DNA from: Myxococcota bacterium
GTDB taxonomy: Bacteria; Myxococcota; XYA12-FULL-58-9; JALHOP01
Direction of reading: 5' to 3'
DNA: 52,090 nucleotides
NCBI GenBank assembly: GCA_041288095.1
Contig: JBGGMJ010000075.1
Location: 1 to 52,090 of the forward strand
In this document: positions 28,580 to 38,878 of the stretch, in pieces
Layout: each line of letters begins with the position of its first letter
Numbering within the stretch: the first letter of the stretch is position 1
Notes under the pieces: model-generated
Told to the model about the DNA's origin: nothing
What the model saw: the letters and a program-made list of their open reading frames with translations, nothing else
Databases searched by the model: none
Position numbers and translations under genes: made by a program

Positions 28580-29413
28580 GTGGATCTCGGCGGCGTTACG
28601 CTGCGACTCACCGAGGCGTTGGGCCTCGAGGGTCAGTGGTGGTTCGCGTTCATCCAGAGCTTCGTCGTCTTGGCGCTGTTCGCTGTTGCGTACATGCCCA
28701 TCGAGCGTATGTGGAGCATGCGCGCGCAAGGCATCATGCGACCGCGCTGGGCCACCGACCTCGCCTTCTTTTTCGGCCAGTACTGGGTCTTCGCCTTCGT
28801 CGCCGCGTACGTGCTGGCGCGTGCACGTGCCCTCATCGGGGTCACGAGCCCCGAATGGTTCGCGCGATGTCCGCTCGCCGTGCAGGTCGTGCTGGTCATC
28901 GCTCTCGGCGACCTCTGCGCGTATTGGGCGCACCGCGCCCAGCATCGCTTCGATCTGCTGTGGCGCTTTCACGCCGTGCACCACACCTCCGAGCACCTCG
29001 ATTGGCTCGCCGCGCATCGGGAGCACCCTCTCGACGGCATCTACACGCAGCTCGCCGTGAACCTGCCGGCCATGCTCCTGGGCTTCGGTATGGGCCCGAT
29101 CTTCTGGCTCGTCACCTTTCGCGGCATGTGGTCGATCTTGATCCACAGCAACACGCGCCTACCGCTCGGGCCGCTCAAACACCTACTCGGCGGACCGGAG
29201 CTGCATCACTGGCATCACGCCAAGGATCGCGACGCGCCGAACTACGGCAATCTCGCGCCGTGGACGGACCTCGTCTTCGGCACGCACGCCTGCCCTCCCG
29301 AGCCGCCGGGCGAGCTGGGCATCGATCAGCCGGCGGCCACCAGTTACTTGGGCTTGCTGCTCTGGCCCTTCAACCGCACCAGGCGGCCTTTCCGCTTCAC
29401 GATGTTCTTGTAG
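28580..29413 (+). CDS. Sterol desaturase/fatty acid hydroxylase family protein
   Basis: WAHRAQH, FHAVHH, IHSN, HHWHH and NYG; GTG start at 28580. Confidence 0.88.
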   Translation: MDLGGVTLRLTEALGLEGQWWFAFIQSFVVLALFAVAYMPIERMWSMRAQGIMRPRWATDLAFFFGQYWVFAFVAAYVLARARALIGVTSPEWFARCPLAVQVVLVIALGDLCAYWAHRAQHRFDLLWRFHAVHHTSEHLDWLAAHREHPLDGIYTQLAVNLPAMLLGFGMGPIFWLVTFRGMWSILIHSNTRLPLGPLKHLLGGPELHHWHHAKDRDAPNYGNLAPWTDLVFGTHACPPEPPGELGIDQPAATSYLGLLLWPFNRTRRPFRFTMFL

Positions 29414-29760
29414 TCCCACTGGATGGCTTTCGACTTCTCGAGCCAGCGGCGCAGCGCCTTTGCATCGATCTCGCCGACGCTCGTGTAACGCGCCTCGGCT
29501 GCTTTGAAGCTGCCTTCGGGATGCAGGCCGGGCTCTTCGAAAGACTGTCCGCTCCAGAAGAGCAGGCGGACACAACCCTTCAGTTTGCTATAGCCGACAA
29601 TGGGGTTGCCATCGAGGAACCACACCGGATGGCGATGCCAGATCTTGCTCTCGGCTTTCCTTAGACCGGCGTCGATCGCGCGCGCGAGCTCGTGGCAGAG
29701 CGCGCGGTCCGCCTCGGTTTGGGCGTCGTTGTACGCGACGATGTCCTCGTGAATGGCCAT
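29344..29760 (-). CDS. DUF1801 (YdhG-like) protein
   Basis: ESKIWHRHPVWFLDGNPIVGY...LLFWSGQSF...WDYKNIVKRKG. Confidence 0.85.
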   Translation of the reverse strand: MAIHEDIVAYNDAQTEADRALCHELARAIDAGLRKAESKIWHRHPVWFLDGNPIVGYSKLKGCVRLLFWSGQSFEEPGLHPEGSFKAAEARYTSVGEIDAKALRRWLEKSKAIQWDYKNIVKRKGRLVRLKGQSSKPK

Positions 29761-29822
29761 CGCGTTCACCCATCGCGCGAAGCCCCGAGCCGGCGCAAGC
29801 GCTCCATGATAAAGTCGACACC

Positions 29823-30905
<1,083 letters not shown>

Positions 30906-30916
30906 GATGACCGGTC

Positions 30917-32707
30917 ATGCCCTTCAGCGACGACGCGTTCTTTTCGCGCCGGGCGTTTCTTCAAGCCTCGGCCACGGCTGTTCTATCCGCTAAAGCAGTC
31001 ATGCACCCGAGAGTGGCGCTCGCCGAGCCAGCGGGGGCCGCCAAGGGCACGGCGTCGGCGGCGCGTTACATCACGGCACGGCTCGCCCAGCACGGTGCGG
31101 ACATTCTCTTCGGCGTTCCCGGAGCGACATGCGACCCACTCTTCGCGGCCGCGGCGAGCACGAGCGGCGTATCGGTCGTCGTCGCCAGCAGTGACCTCGA
31201 AGCGGGATATGCGGCCGACGGTTTCGCGCGCATGCGAGGGCTTGGCGCCGTCTCCGTCACCTACGGTGTCGGCACGATGAGTCTCATCGGCGTCATCGCC
31301 GGCGCCTACGCCGAGCGCAGCCCGATCGTCGTCGTGAACGGCGGTCCCACGAAGCTCGATCTCAAGCTGCAACGCGAGCACCAAACGCTGTTCTCCCACT
31401 CGACGGGCAAGGAGCACTCCGACCTGACGATGTTCCGCGAGGTGACGGCGTACGCCGAGCGCGCCGAGTCCAAGGAGGACGTAGCGCGTGTCGTCGACGA
31501 GGCAATCGCCACGGCGCTCCGCGAGCGCCGTCCGGTCTACATCGAGATCCCCAAGGATGTCTGGGACGCTCCAGTCGGCGCCCCCGGAGCTACGCTGCGT
31601 GCCGCTCCACCGAGCTCCGGGCGCGAAGCGGCGCTGGCGGCGCGTATCCTCGAGCGGCTCGGCAACGCCAAACGCCCTCTCTTGCTCCTCGGCATCGAGC
31701 TGCAACGCTACGGCCTCGCCGAACAGGCCGCCGCCCTCGTGCGCAAGCTCGGCATTCCGTACGCCACGACCATGCTCGCCAAGGCCGTCATCCCCGAGAC
31801 CACCACCGGCTTCGCCGGCGTGTACATCGGCGCCAACTCCGTTCCAGCGGTCAGAGAGCTGGTCGACCAATCCGACACCATCCTCGCCTTGGGCTGTGTC
31901 TTCGGTCGCCAGTACCGCGAGCTCGTCACCAAGTCGGCCAAATCCCTGGTGTCCGCGGGGGGTGGCAAGGTCCGCTCGGGTAGCGAGTCGACACCCGCGG
32001 CGCTGGGAGCGTTGGTCGACGCGGCGCTCGCACAAACGTACGTAGCGCGCGCCGAGCACGCGACGCGCAACACGCTCTCCGGGAGAGACTTCGCGGCGCG
32101 ACGCAAGTCAGTGCCCAAGCGCACCGAGTCCTCCGGGCTCTCATACGACGCGGTGCTCGGCACCATCAGCGACTACCTCGACGACGCCTTCGCGGTCCTC
32201 ACCGACACCAGCCTCTCGATGTACCCGGCGGCCGACTTGAACATCGCCGCCAAGGGGGCCTTCGTATGCAATAGCGTATGGCAGGCGATCGGCTTTTCGG
32301 TCGGCGCCGCCGTCGGCGTTGCCCTGGCGAGCGGCAAGCGGCCGCTGGTGATCTGCGGCGACGGCGGCTTCCAGATGACCGCGCAAGCGTTGTCGACGAT
32401 GGCGCGAGCCGGCTTGAAGAGCATCGTCGTCGTGCTCGACAACGGGATCTACGGCATCGAGCAGTTCTTGCTCGAGCCGCGGTTCTTCGCCGGCGGCCCG
32501 AGCCACCTGCCGTACGTGGGTTTGAATCGCTGGAGCTATCCGGACCTCGCGCGCGCCCTCGGCTTCAAACAGGCGGAGACCATCACGAGCATCGCCGAGC
32601 TGAAGCGAGGGCTCGACAACGCTCGCGGCGCGAGCGGCCCCGTGCTGCTGAGCGTCGCGGTACCGCCACGCGACCTACCGGCGCAGCTCGTCAAGGAGCC
32701 GGCCTGA
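30917..32707 (+). CDS. Tat-signal ThDP-dependent enzyme of the 2-oxoacid decarboxylase (PDC/IPDC) family
   Basis: SRRAFLQ...ALA signal; FGVPG, AGYAADGFAR, RPVYIEIP and the GDGGFQM...DN ThDP motif. Confidence 0.85.
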   Translation: MPFSDDAFFSRRAFLQASATAVLSAKAVMHPRVALAEPAGAAKGTASAARYITARLAQHGADILFGVPGATCDPLFAAAASTSGVSVVVASSDLEAGYAADGFARMRGLGAVSVTYGVGTMSLIGVIAGAYAERSPIVVVNGGPTKLDLKLQREHQTLFSHSTGKEHSDLTMFREVTAYAERAESKEDVARVVDEAIATALRERRPVYIEIPKDVWDAPVGAPGATLRAAPPSSGREAALAARILERLGNAKRPLLLLGIELQRYGLAEQAAALVRKLGIPYATTMLAKAVIPETTTGFAGVYIGANSVPAVRELVDQSDTILALGCVFGRQYRELVTKSAKSLVSAGGGKVRSGSESTPAALGALVDAALAQTYVARAEHATRNTLSGRDFAARRKSVPKRTESSGLSYDAVLGTISDYLDDAFAVLTDTSLSMYPAADLNIAAKGAFVCNSVWQAIGFSVGAAVGVALASGKRPLVICGDGGFQMTAQALSTMARAGLKSIVVVLDNGIYGIEQFLLEPRFFAGGPSHLPYVGLNRWSYPDLARALGFKQAETITSIAELKRGLDNARGASGPVLLSVAVPPRDLPAQLVKEPA

Positions 32708-33918
32708 TGTCGCTGACACGACGCGACCTCCTCGTGGGTGCGTCCGTCATCGCGGGCGCGTCCATGTGGCCGGCGGCCGCCCGGGCCAAAGCCTTGCGCG
32801 ACGGAGAGCTTCTACCGGACCCGGACTTCTCGCAGCTGCGCGACAAGGATCCATATCTCATCGGTGTTCGCCCATACCGTCCTGGCGGAGTGCGGCTCGA
32901 AGTCGTACCCGAGCCGCTCGGTGGCAAGCGCATCATCCACAACTACGGACATGGTGGCGCGGGCATCACACTCTCGTGGGGCTGCGCATCCGTCGCCACG
33001 GATTTGATGCAGGGCTTGCTCGCCACGAGCACGACGCCGCCGAGCGTTGCCGTGCTGGGCACCGGTATCATCGGCCTCACCACCGCGACCGAGCTGCGGC
33101 GCCGCTGGCCGCGAATGCCGATCACCGTCTACGCCAAGAGCCTCGACCTCACGACGACGGTATCGTGGGTCGCGGGTGGCCAGTTCGAGCCGTCGGGCAT
33201 GCATCGCCTCTACACCACTCCCGAAGCCAAGAATGTTTTGGCGGACTACATGCGCCGCTCGCGGGATCGCATCGTCGAGCTGCAGAATTCGGGTAACCGC
33301 CAGGCGTTTGGCGTCGCGGTGCGCAAGAACTACACGCTCGACCGCCAAGTCCCCGCGCTCGACGTCGTGACGCCGCGTGACGTCGTCGGTGCGCCGGTGC
33401 GCGGCAGTCTCCCCTTCAAGAACCTCAACGCGCCGGGCCGTGAGTATCAGACATGGCTCATGACTCCCGCGATTCTGATGCCGAAGCTGGTCACGGACCT
33501 GCAATCCGCGGGAGTGCGCTTCGAGGCACGAACCTTCGAGTCAGCGGCCGATGTCGCGCAGCTCCCGGCCACCGTCGTGGTCAATTGCACGGGCTACGGG
33601 GCAAAGCAGCTCTTCGGCGACAAGTCGCTCATCGCGCAGCGCGGGCACAACGTCGTTCTCAAGAAGACCGACGAGCGGCAACACTATTTTTTCAGCGGTG
33701 GCTGCGCCAACTGGGTGATCGCCTATGCGTTCTGTCGGCAAGACGACATCGTCATCGGTGGCACCATTCAGAAAGATCTCGAGTCGCCGGCGCACACCTC
33801 CGCGGACGAGGCGATCTTCGCGCGCTTGCTGGCGAACGGCCGCGAGCTCTTCGCCGGAAACACCAAAGCGTGCGTCGCGCCGACGGGCGAGGCCGACTCT
33901 TCAGCCCCAGCCCGCTAG
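32707..33918 (+). CDS. Tat-signal, circularly permuted D-amino-acid oxidase family flavoprotein
   Basis: TRRDLL signal; GVRPYR and HNYGHGGAGITLSWG precede the Rossmann GTGIIG; VVNCTGYGA; TGATG overlap with the upstream gene. Confidence 0.85.
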   Translation: MSLTRRDLLVGASVIAGASMWPAAARAKALRDGELLPDPDFSQLRDKDPYLIGVRPYRPGGVRLEVVPEPLGGKRIIHNYGHGGAGITLSWGCASVATDLMQGLLATSTTPPSVAVLGTGIIGLTTATELRRRWPRMPITVYAKSLDLTTTVSWVAGGQFEPSGMHRLYTTPEAKNVLADYMRRSRDRIVELQNSGNRQAFGVAVRKNYTLDRQVPALDVVTPRDVVGAPVRGSLPFKNLNAPGREYQTWLMTPAILMPKLVTDLQSAGVRFEARTFESAADVAQLPATVVVNCTGYGAKQLFGDKSLIAQRGHNVVLKKTDERQHYFFSGGCANWVIAYAFCRQDDIVIGGTIQKDLESPAHTSADEAIFARLLANGRELFAGNTKACVAPTGEADSSAPAR

Positions 33919-33937
33919 GTGCTAGCGTCCGGCGGCC

Positions 33938-35026
33938 ATGCAAACCCCCTGGGCCATCGACGCCGACATCACGAAGGCGGAAACGTTGCCCGGGCAGGCC
34001 TACACCGATCCGCGCATCTTCGAGCAGTCACGCGAGAAGGTCTTCGCGGCGAGTTGGCAGCTGCTTTCGGATCTCGGTCGAGTAGGCGCTCCCGGTGCCG
34101 TCTGTCCGACCCGCTTCATCGACGGCTGGATCGAGGAGCCGTTGCTGTTCACGCGCGACCTCGAGGGTGGGCTGCACTGCGTCTCGAATGTGTGCACCCA
34201 TCGCGGCAATCTGGTGTGCGAGCAGGAAGGCGTCGAGCGCGCGCTCAAGTGCCGCTATCACGGACGACGCTTCCGCCATGACGGGGGTTTCGTGTCGATG
34301 CCCGAGTTCGAAGGCGTCCAAGCGTTTCCGTCCCGCAAAGACGATCTCCCCAGGGTCGCGTTCGGGGAGTGGAAAAACCTGCTCTTTGCGTCGCTCGCTC
34401 CAGCGCAGCCCTTCGCGGAGCTCATCGCGTTCCTGCAAGCGCGCGTCGGCTGGCTGCCCCTCGAGAACGCCAAGCTCGATCGCGCCCGCAGCCGCTCCTA
34501 TGACATCGCGGCGAACTGGGCGCTCTACTGCGACAACTATCTCGAAGGCTTTCACATCCCCTACGTGCATGCCGGCCTGAACCGCGTCATCGACTACGGT
34601 GACTACCGCACCGAGCTGTTCGACGGCGGCACGTTGCAAATCGGCACCGCGAAGAAGGCCGAGCACGCCTTCACCCTGCCCCGCTCGTCACCCGATCACG
34701 GTGAGCTCGTCGCCGCCTACTACTTCTGGCTGTTCCCCAACACGATGCTGAACTTCTACCCATGGGGCCTATCGGTGAACCGGGTGAAGCCGCGCGCCGT
34801 CGACCGCACCACGGTCGAGTACCTGACGTACGTATGGGACGCGACGCGGCTCGACCAAGGCGCCGGCAGTGGGCTCGACCAGGTGGAGAAGGAGGATCAA
34901 GAAGTCGTCGTCAGCGTCCAGCACGGAGTGCGATCACGACTCTATGATCGCGGACGCTACTCGCCGACGCGCGAGACCGGTCTGCACCATTTCCACCGCA
35001 TGCTGACGCAGTCTCTGAACGCTTGA
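33938..35026 (+). CDS. Rieske non-heme iron oxygenase alpha subunit (choline monooxygenase-like)
   Basis: CTH...CRYH Rieske ligands; NYLEGFHIPYVH and ED mononuclear Fe site. Confidence 0.88.
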   Translation: MQTPWAIDADITKAETLPGQAYTDPRIFEQSREKVFAASWQLLSDLGRVGAPGAVCPTRFIDGWIEEPLLFTRDLEGGLHCVSNVCTHRGNLVCEQEGVERALKCRYHGRRFRHDGGFVSMPEFEGVQAFPSRKDDLPRVAFGEWKNLLFASLAPAQPFAELIAFLQARVGWLPLENAKLDRARSRSYDIAANWALYCDNYLEGFHIPYVHAGLNRVIDYGDYRTELFDGGTLQIGTAKKAEHAFTLPRSSPDHGELVAAYYFWLFPNTMLNFYPWGLSVNRVKPRAVDRTTVEYLTYVWDATRLDQGAGSGLDQVEKEDQEVVVSVQHGVRSRLYDRGRYSPTRETGLHHFHRMLTQSLNA

Positions 35027-36339
35027 GCGGACCGACACCTCACCTCGCGCGGCGCCTGAGCCTCTGGGACGGCGTCATGCTCACGGTCGGCGCCATCGTC
35101 GGCACCGGCATCTTCATGACGCCGAGCGAGATGGCGAGAACCCTGCCCCACGCGGGCCTGCTGGTGCTGATTTGGCTGCTCGCCGGCACCGTCATCGTCG
35201 CGGGCGCGGCGAGCTACGCCGAGCTGGGCACGCTCTTTCCCCGGGCCGGTGGTGTCTATCATTTTCTCCACGAAGCGTATGGCCCCTTCTACGGCTTCCT
35301 CTACGGCTGGACGTGTTTCCTCATCATCATGTCGGGGGGTATCGCGGCGATCGCCACCGGCTTCGGTCACTACTTCGTCAGCTTCGTGCCCCTGCCGGGC
35401 GGCGCTCAAACGGCGGCCGTGCTCGCAATCGTCCTGCTCACCGCGGTCAACACGCTCGGCGTACGCGAGGGCGCTTGGGTCCAGAACGGGCTGACCGTCA
35501 TCAAGGTCGTGTCGCTCGCCGGCTTCATCGTGCTGGGTTGGATGACACCGTCGGCGGCAGCACCCGCCTGGGCGGACGCCGTCCCGACACCGGGGCTCGC
35601 GAGCGCCGTCGGTGTCGCGATGATCGCCGCCCTTTGGGCCTACGATGGCTGGTACGCCATGACGTTTTCGGCCGGCGAGCTCAAGGACCCGGCACGCAGC
35701 CTGCCGCGCGGAATGGTCGGCGGCGTTGCCGCGACAGTCGCCATCTACGCCGCCGCCATGGCGGTGTACGCGCGAGTGTTGCCTATCGACGTCATCGCCG
35801 CGGCTCCGCGCCTCGCCGAAACCGCGGCCACGGCGATGCTCGGTGAGGGCGCGGGCCGGCTCATGTCGGCCGCTATCGCGGTCTCGGCGTTCGGCTGCCT
35901 CTCGGCGACGATCTTCTACAGCTCACGCGTCTATGCACCGATGGCGCAAGCTGGTGTCTTTTTTCGCGCGCTGGCCGTCATCCATCCGCGATACCGCACA
36001 CCCGTTCGCAGCCTTTGGGCACAGAGCACATGGGCGTGTGTCCTCGTGTTGTCGGGCTCGTACGCGCGGCTCTACACGTATGTCACCTTCGCTTCCGTGG
36101 CCTTCCACGTCGCGACCGGCGCGGCGGTCCTCGTCTTGCGCAGGAAGCTGCCGGACGCGCCACGGCCATACCGGGTCTGGGGCTACCCGATCATTCCGGC
36201 GCTGTTCATCGCGGCCATGATGGCGCTCGTCATCAATACGCTCATAGAGAGCCCACGCGAGTCTCTCATCGGAGTCGCGTTGGTCCTCCTCGGCGCGCCG
36301 ACCTATTTCTATTGGCGCCGCACCAAGGCCGCGGCATAA
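35023..36339 (+). CDS. APC family amino acid permease
   Basis: IVGTGIF, YAELG, ALWAYDGW and RPYRVWGYP; about 12 TM. Confidence 0.92.
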   Translation: MSGPTPHLARRLSLWDGVMLTVGAIVGTGIFMTPSEMARTLPHAGLLVLIWLLAGTVIVAGAASYAELGTLFPRAGGVYHFLHEAYGPFYGFLYGWTCFLIIMSGGIAAIATGFGHYFVSFVPLPGGAQTAAVLAIVLLTAVNTLGVREGAWVQNGLTVIKVVSLAGFIVLGWMTPSAAAPAWADAVPTPGLASAVGVAMIAALWAYDGWYAMTFSAGELKDPARSLPRGMVGGVAATVAIYAAAMAVYARVLPIDVIAAAPRLAETAATAMLGEGAGRLMSAAIAVSAFGCLSATIFYSSRVYAPMAQAGVFFRALAVIHPRYRTPVRSLWAQSTWACVLVLSGSYARLYTYVTFASVAFHVATGAAVLVLRRKLPDAPRPYRVWGYPIIPALFIAAMMALVINTLIESPRESLIGVALVLLGAPTYFYWRRTKAAA

Positions 36340-36345
36340 GCGCGC

Positions 36346-36780
36346 ATGCTCTCGGTCGAAATCTTTCGCTACCCGCTGCTGGTCACCATCGCCTACGCGG
36401 TGCTTTACTATCTGACGACGGTCAACGTCGCGCTGGTGAAGGGGAAGCTCTTCCGGGAGTACCAGGCCAAGGGCGAGAAGTTCGACCGCTATCGCACGCC
36501 GGACGCACGGATGCTCGCGGCCGACCGCATCCAGCTCAACATGCTCGAGCAGATGCCGGTCTTTCTGGTGCTGTTCTGGCTCACGGCCGTGTTCGCGAGC
36601 CCACTGCGCGCGGCCGGCTACGGCGCCGCCTACCTCGCCTCGCGCATCGTCTATCCCTTGATGATGGGCACCCAGCTCGGGCGCAACATCCCGAAACGCA
36701 TCCTCTTCGCCACCGTGACCGGCTACCTGGTCATCGCGGCGTTCGTGATCGAGCTCGCTTTGGTCACGCTCTTGCGCTGA
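36346..36780 (+). CDS. MAPEG family membrane protein
   Basis: DRIQLNMLEQMPVF and YLASRIVY; 4 TM. Confidence 0.85.
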   Translation: MLSVEIFRYPLLVTIAYAVLYYLTTVNVALVKGKLFREYQAKGEKFDRYRTPDARMLAADRIQLNMLEQMPVFLVLFWLTAVFASPLRAAGYGAAYLASRIVYPLMMGTQLGRNIPKRILFATVTGYLVIAAFVIELALVTLLR

Positions 36781-36781
36781 C

Positions 36782-38878
36782 TCAGTCGACCACGAGCTCG
36801 AAAACGAGCTGATAGAGGCCATCCGCGATCTCGGAGTAGGTCGTCGTCTCGAGCGTCTGGCTGTCGATGATGCCGTCGTTGTCGGTGTCGGCGCGACTCA
36901 GTCGCGTGAGTTGGTTGCCGAACGCGTCGTAGGTCCGGTCGCTGGTTCTGCGAGAATCGACTGTGCCATCGCCGCCGTCGTCGTCCTCGACGACCTCGGA
37001 GAGTAGATTGAGCTGCTCGTCGTGGACCCGCGTCGTCGTGCTGATGAAGTCCGGCGCGTCGTCGGCGTCGTTGTCGATCGTGAGTGTCTGATTCAACGGA
37101 CGCCCGTCATCGAGGTAGGACCTGGTCTCGGCCGATCGGTAGTCGATCGTACCGTCGGCATCGCTGTCCTCTTCGTAAACGTGGCCGAGCGAGTTGCCGT
37201 TGGCGTCGTAGGTGAAGTTGGTATGCGCCAGCGCGATGACGGCGTCACCGCTCCGCACCTCGGTGGCCTGCATGAGCACGTGCCCCGCTTCGTCCAGGGC
37301 ATAGGTGACGGTCTCGCGCGAGTTGACGACCCCGTCAGCGTTGCTGTCGGTCTCGGTCACGGCTTGCGTGAGAAATCCGCCGGCGTTCCACGTGCGCGAA
37401 TCGGTGACGATACTGTTCGTGACCCCGTCGCCGTTGATGTCGGTCTCGATCCGGCTGGTGACCCGGCGGCCAGCCAAGTCATACGTGCTCGTCTCGGAAC
37501 GACGGCTCTCGACGGACCCGTTCCCTCCGTCGTCGTTCTCCTGGAGCGTGGTCAGCAAGTTGCCCGCGGTGTCGTACGTGTAGGTGAACGACTGCTTGAG
37601 CCCGATGATGCCGTTCGTGGTGTCCTGCACGATGAGGCTGCTGGCGTAACCATCGCTATCGAAGACATAGGTGTACGACTCGACGCGCTCGAACACGCCG
37701 TCCTGGGCCCCGTCCCTCCGGTACTCGGCGCTGATAACCCTGCCGCGAGCGTCGTATGTGGTGGTGTCGTCGCGATCGACGAGGCCGTTTGCGTCGACAT
37801 CGCTGCGAACGCGGATGACGCGGCCGAGCTCGTCGACCGTCAGCGTGCTCGTCACATCCGCCGCGCCGTCGTTCCCGTAATCGGCGGCGTACGTCGCGGC
37901 CACGTGCGCGGGCACGCTGAGGCCCAGCGTCGCGTAGAGGTGAGGCAAGACAGCGGCGACATCGATGTTGCGGTCGATGCCGGGATGCGCCGCGGCGAAA
38001 CGCTGAAACGACCCGAAGGCGAACGCGCCAAAGCCCTCGTCGAAGGCGAAAGGCACGCCGGCGAGGGTCGCACCCCAGCTCGTCACGTCGATACCGTTCG
38101 CGGGGTCGCGGTCGGCGTCGAGCGCTTGCAGGAAGAGCGCAACGTTCGCGGCACGATCGAAATCGGTGACGACGTCATCGCGCAAGAGCTCGCGGAGCTC
38201 GGCCGCGTCGGTCGGCGGCGCGATGCCGAAGAGGTCGAAGGGAGAGATGCGGTCTTTGCCCGCGAGGGTGCCGAGGACGACACCGCCGACGGTGAAAGTC
38301 ACGGTCTCGCCACCGGCGTACTCGAACTCGCCCTTGGCGTTGGTGAGGCCCTGTCGGGTGAGCGTCTGGTAATGCAGACCGATGACCGGACCGTCGACGA
38401 ACACGCCGGTGCGCACGTCGTCGGTACACGCGAAAGGGTTGAGGCACATGACCGCTAAAGCGGCCGCGAGACTGCTCCGAGCTCGCTTCGCGACGATCAT
38501 GCCGGCCACCAGCGCAACGATGAACACCAACGTCGCCGGCGCCAGAGCGGCGATGCTCACGAACGCGGGTCCGGGACAATAGCCAGAGAGCCCCCAACCG
38601 ACGCCGAAAATGGCGGCGCCCGAAAGCAAGCGCGGGTCGAGCTTCGCGGCTGGGGTCGGCTCGAACGCATCCGCGAGCAGTGGTGCTCCGCGGCGGCGGA
38701 TGAAGAACGCGCTCGCCGCATAGGTGCCTACCGCGCCGGCCATGACGAACGCCAAGCTCGGGTCCCAGGCGCCAGCGATGTCGAGGAAGCCGACGACCTT
38801 CGAGGGCCAGGTCATCCCCGAGAGGCATAGGCCGGCGCCAAAGAGGAGACCAGCCAGCAACGCGGTGAGGACCTTCAC
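36782..38878 (-). CDS. YeeE/YedE-type (DUF6691-like) membrane domain read in frame into an adhesin-like DxDxDG/YD-repeat lipoprotein domain
   Basis: GTG 38878; GLLFGAGL...FLDIAGAWDPSL...GYCPGP; no stop before FAC-TDD...GVFVDGPVIGLHYQT and about 10 TYD-xxG / DxDxDG repeats; possible internal ATG at 38500. Confidence 0.7.
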   Translation of the reverse strand: MKVLTALLAGLLFGAGLCLSGMTWPSKVVGFLDIAGAWDPSLAFVMAGAVGTYAASAFFIRRRGAPLLADAFEPTPAAKLDPRLLSGAAIFGVGWGLSGYCPGPAFVSIAALAPATLVFIVALVAGMIVAKRARSSLAAALAVMCLNPFACTDDVRTGVFVDGPVIGLHYQTLTRQGLTNAKGEFEYAGGETVTFTVGGVVLGTLAGKDRISPFDLFGIAPPTDAAELRELLRDDVVTDFDRAANVALFLQALDADRDPANGIDVTSWGATLAGVPFAFDEGFGAFAFGSFQRFAAAHPGIDRNIDVAAVLPHLYATLGLSVPAHVAATYAADYGNDGAADVTSTLTVDELGRVIRVRSDVDANGLVDRDDTTTYDARGRVISAEYRRDGAQDGVFERVESYTYVFDSDGYASSLIVQDTTNGIIGLKQSFTYTYDTAGNLLTTLQENDDGGNGSVESRRSETSTYDLAGRRVTSRIETDINGDGVTNSIVTDSRTWNAGGFLTQAVTETDSNADGVVNSRETVTYALDEAGHVLMQATEVRSGDAVIALAHTNFTYDANGNSLGHVYEEDSDADGTIDYRSAETRSYLDDGRPLNQTLTIDNDADDAPDFISTTTRVHDEQLNLLSEVVEDDDGGDGTVDSRRTSDRTYDAFGNQLTRLSRADTDNDGIIDSQTLETTTYSEIADGLYQLVFELVVD

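Noticed and set aside
32278-32706. N-terminal extension of the DAO ORF in the track
   Set aside because: Overlaps the ThDP gene; the real start is ATG 32707 with the Tat motif. Similar over-extended starts were trimmed for the ORFs listed from 3561, 4362, 8388, 21812, 28364 and 39067.
36782-37900. RHS/YD toxin
   Set aside because: No RHS core signature (PxxxxDPxG), no toxin tip and no immunity gene; the repeats are acidic DxDxDG type.
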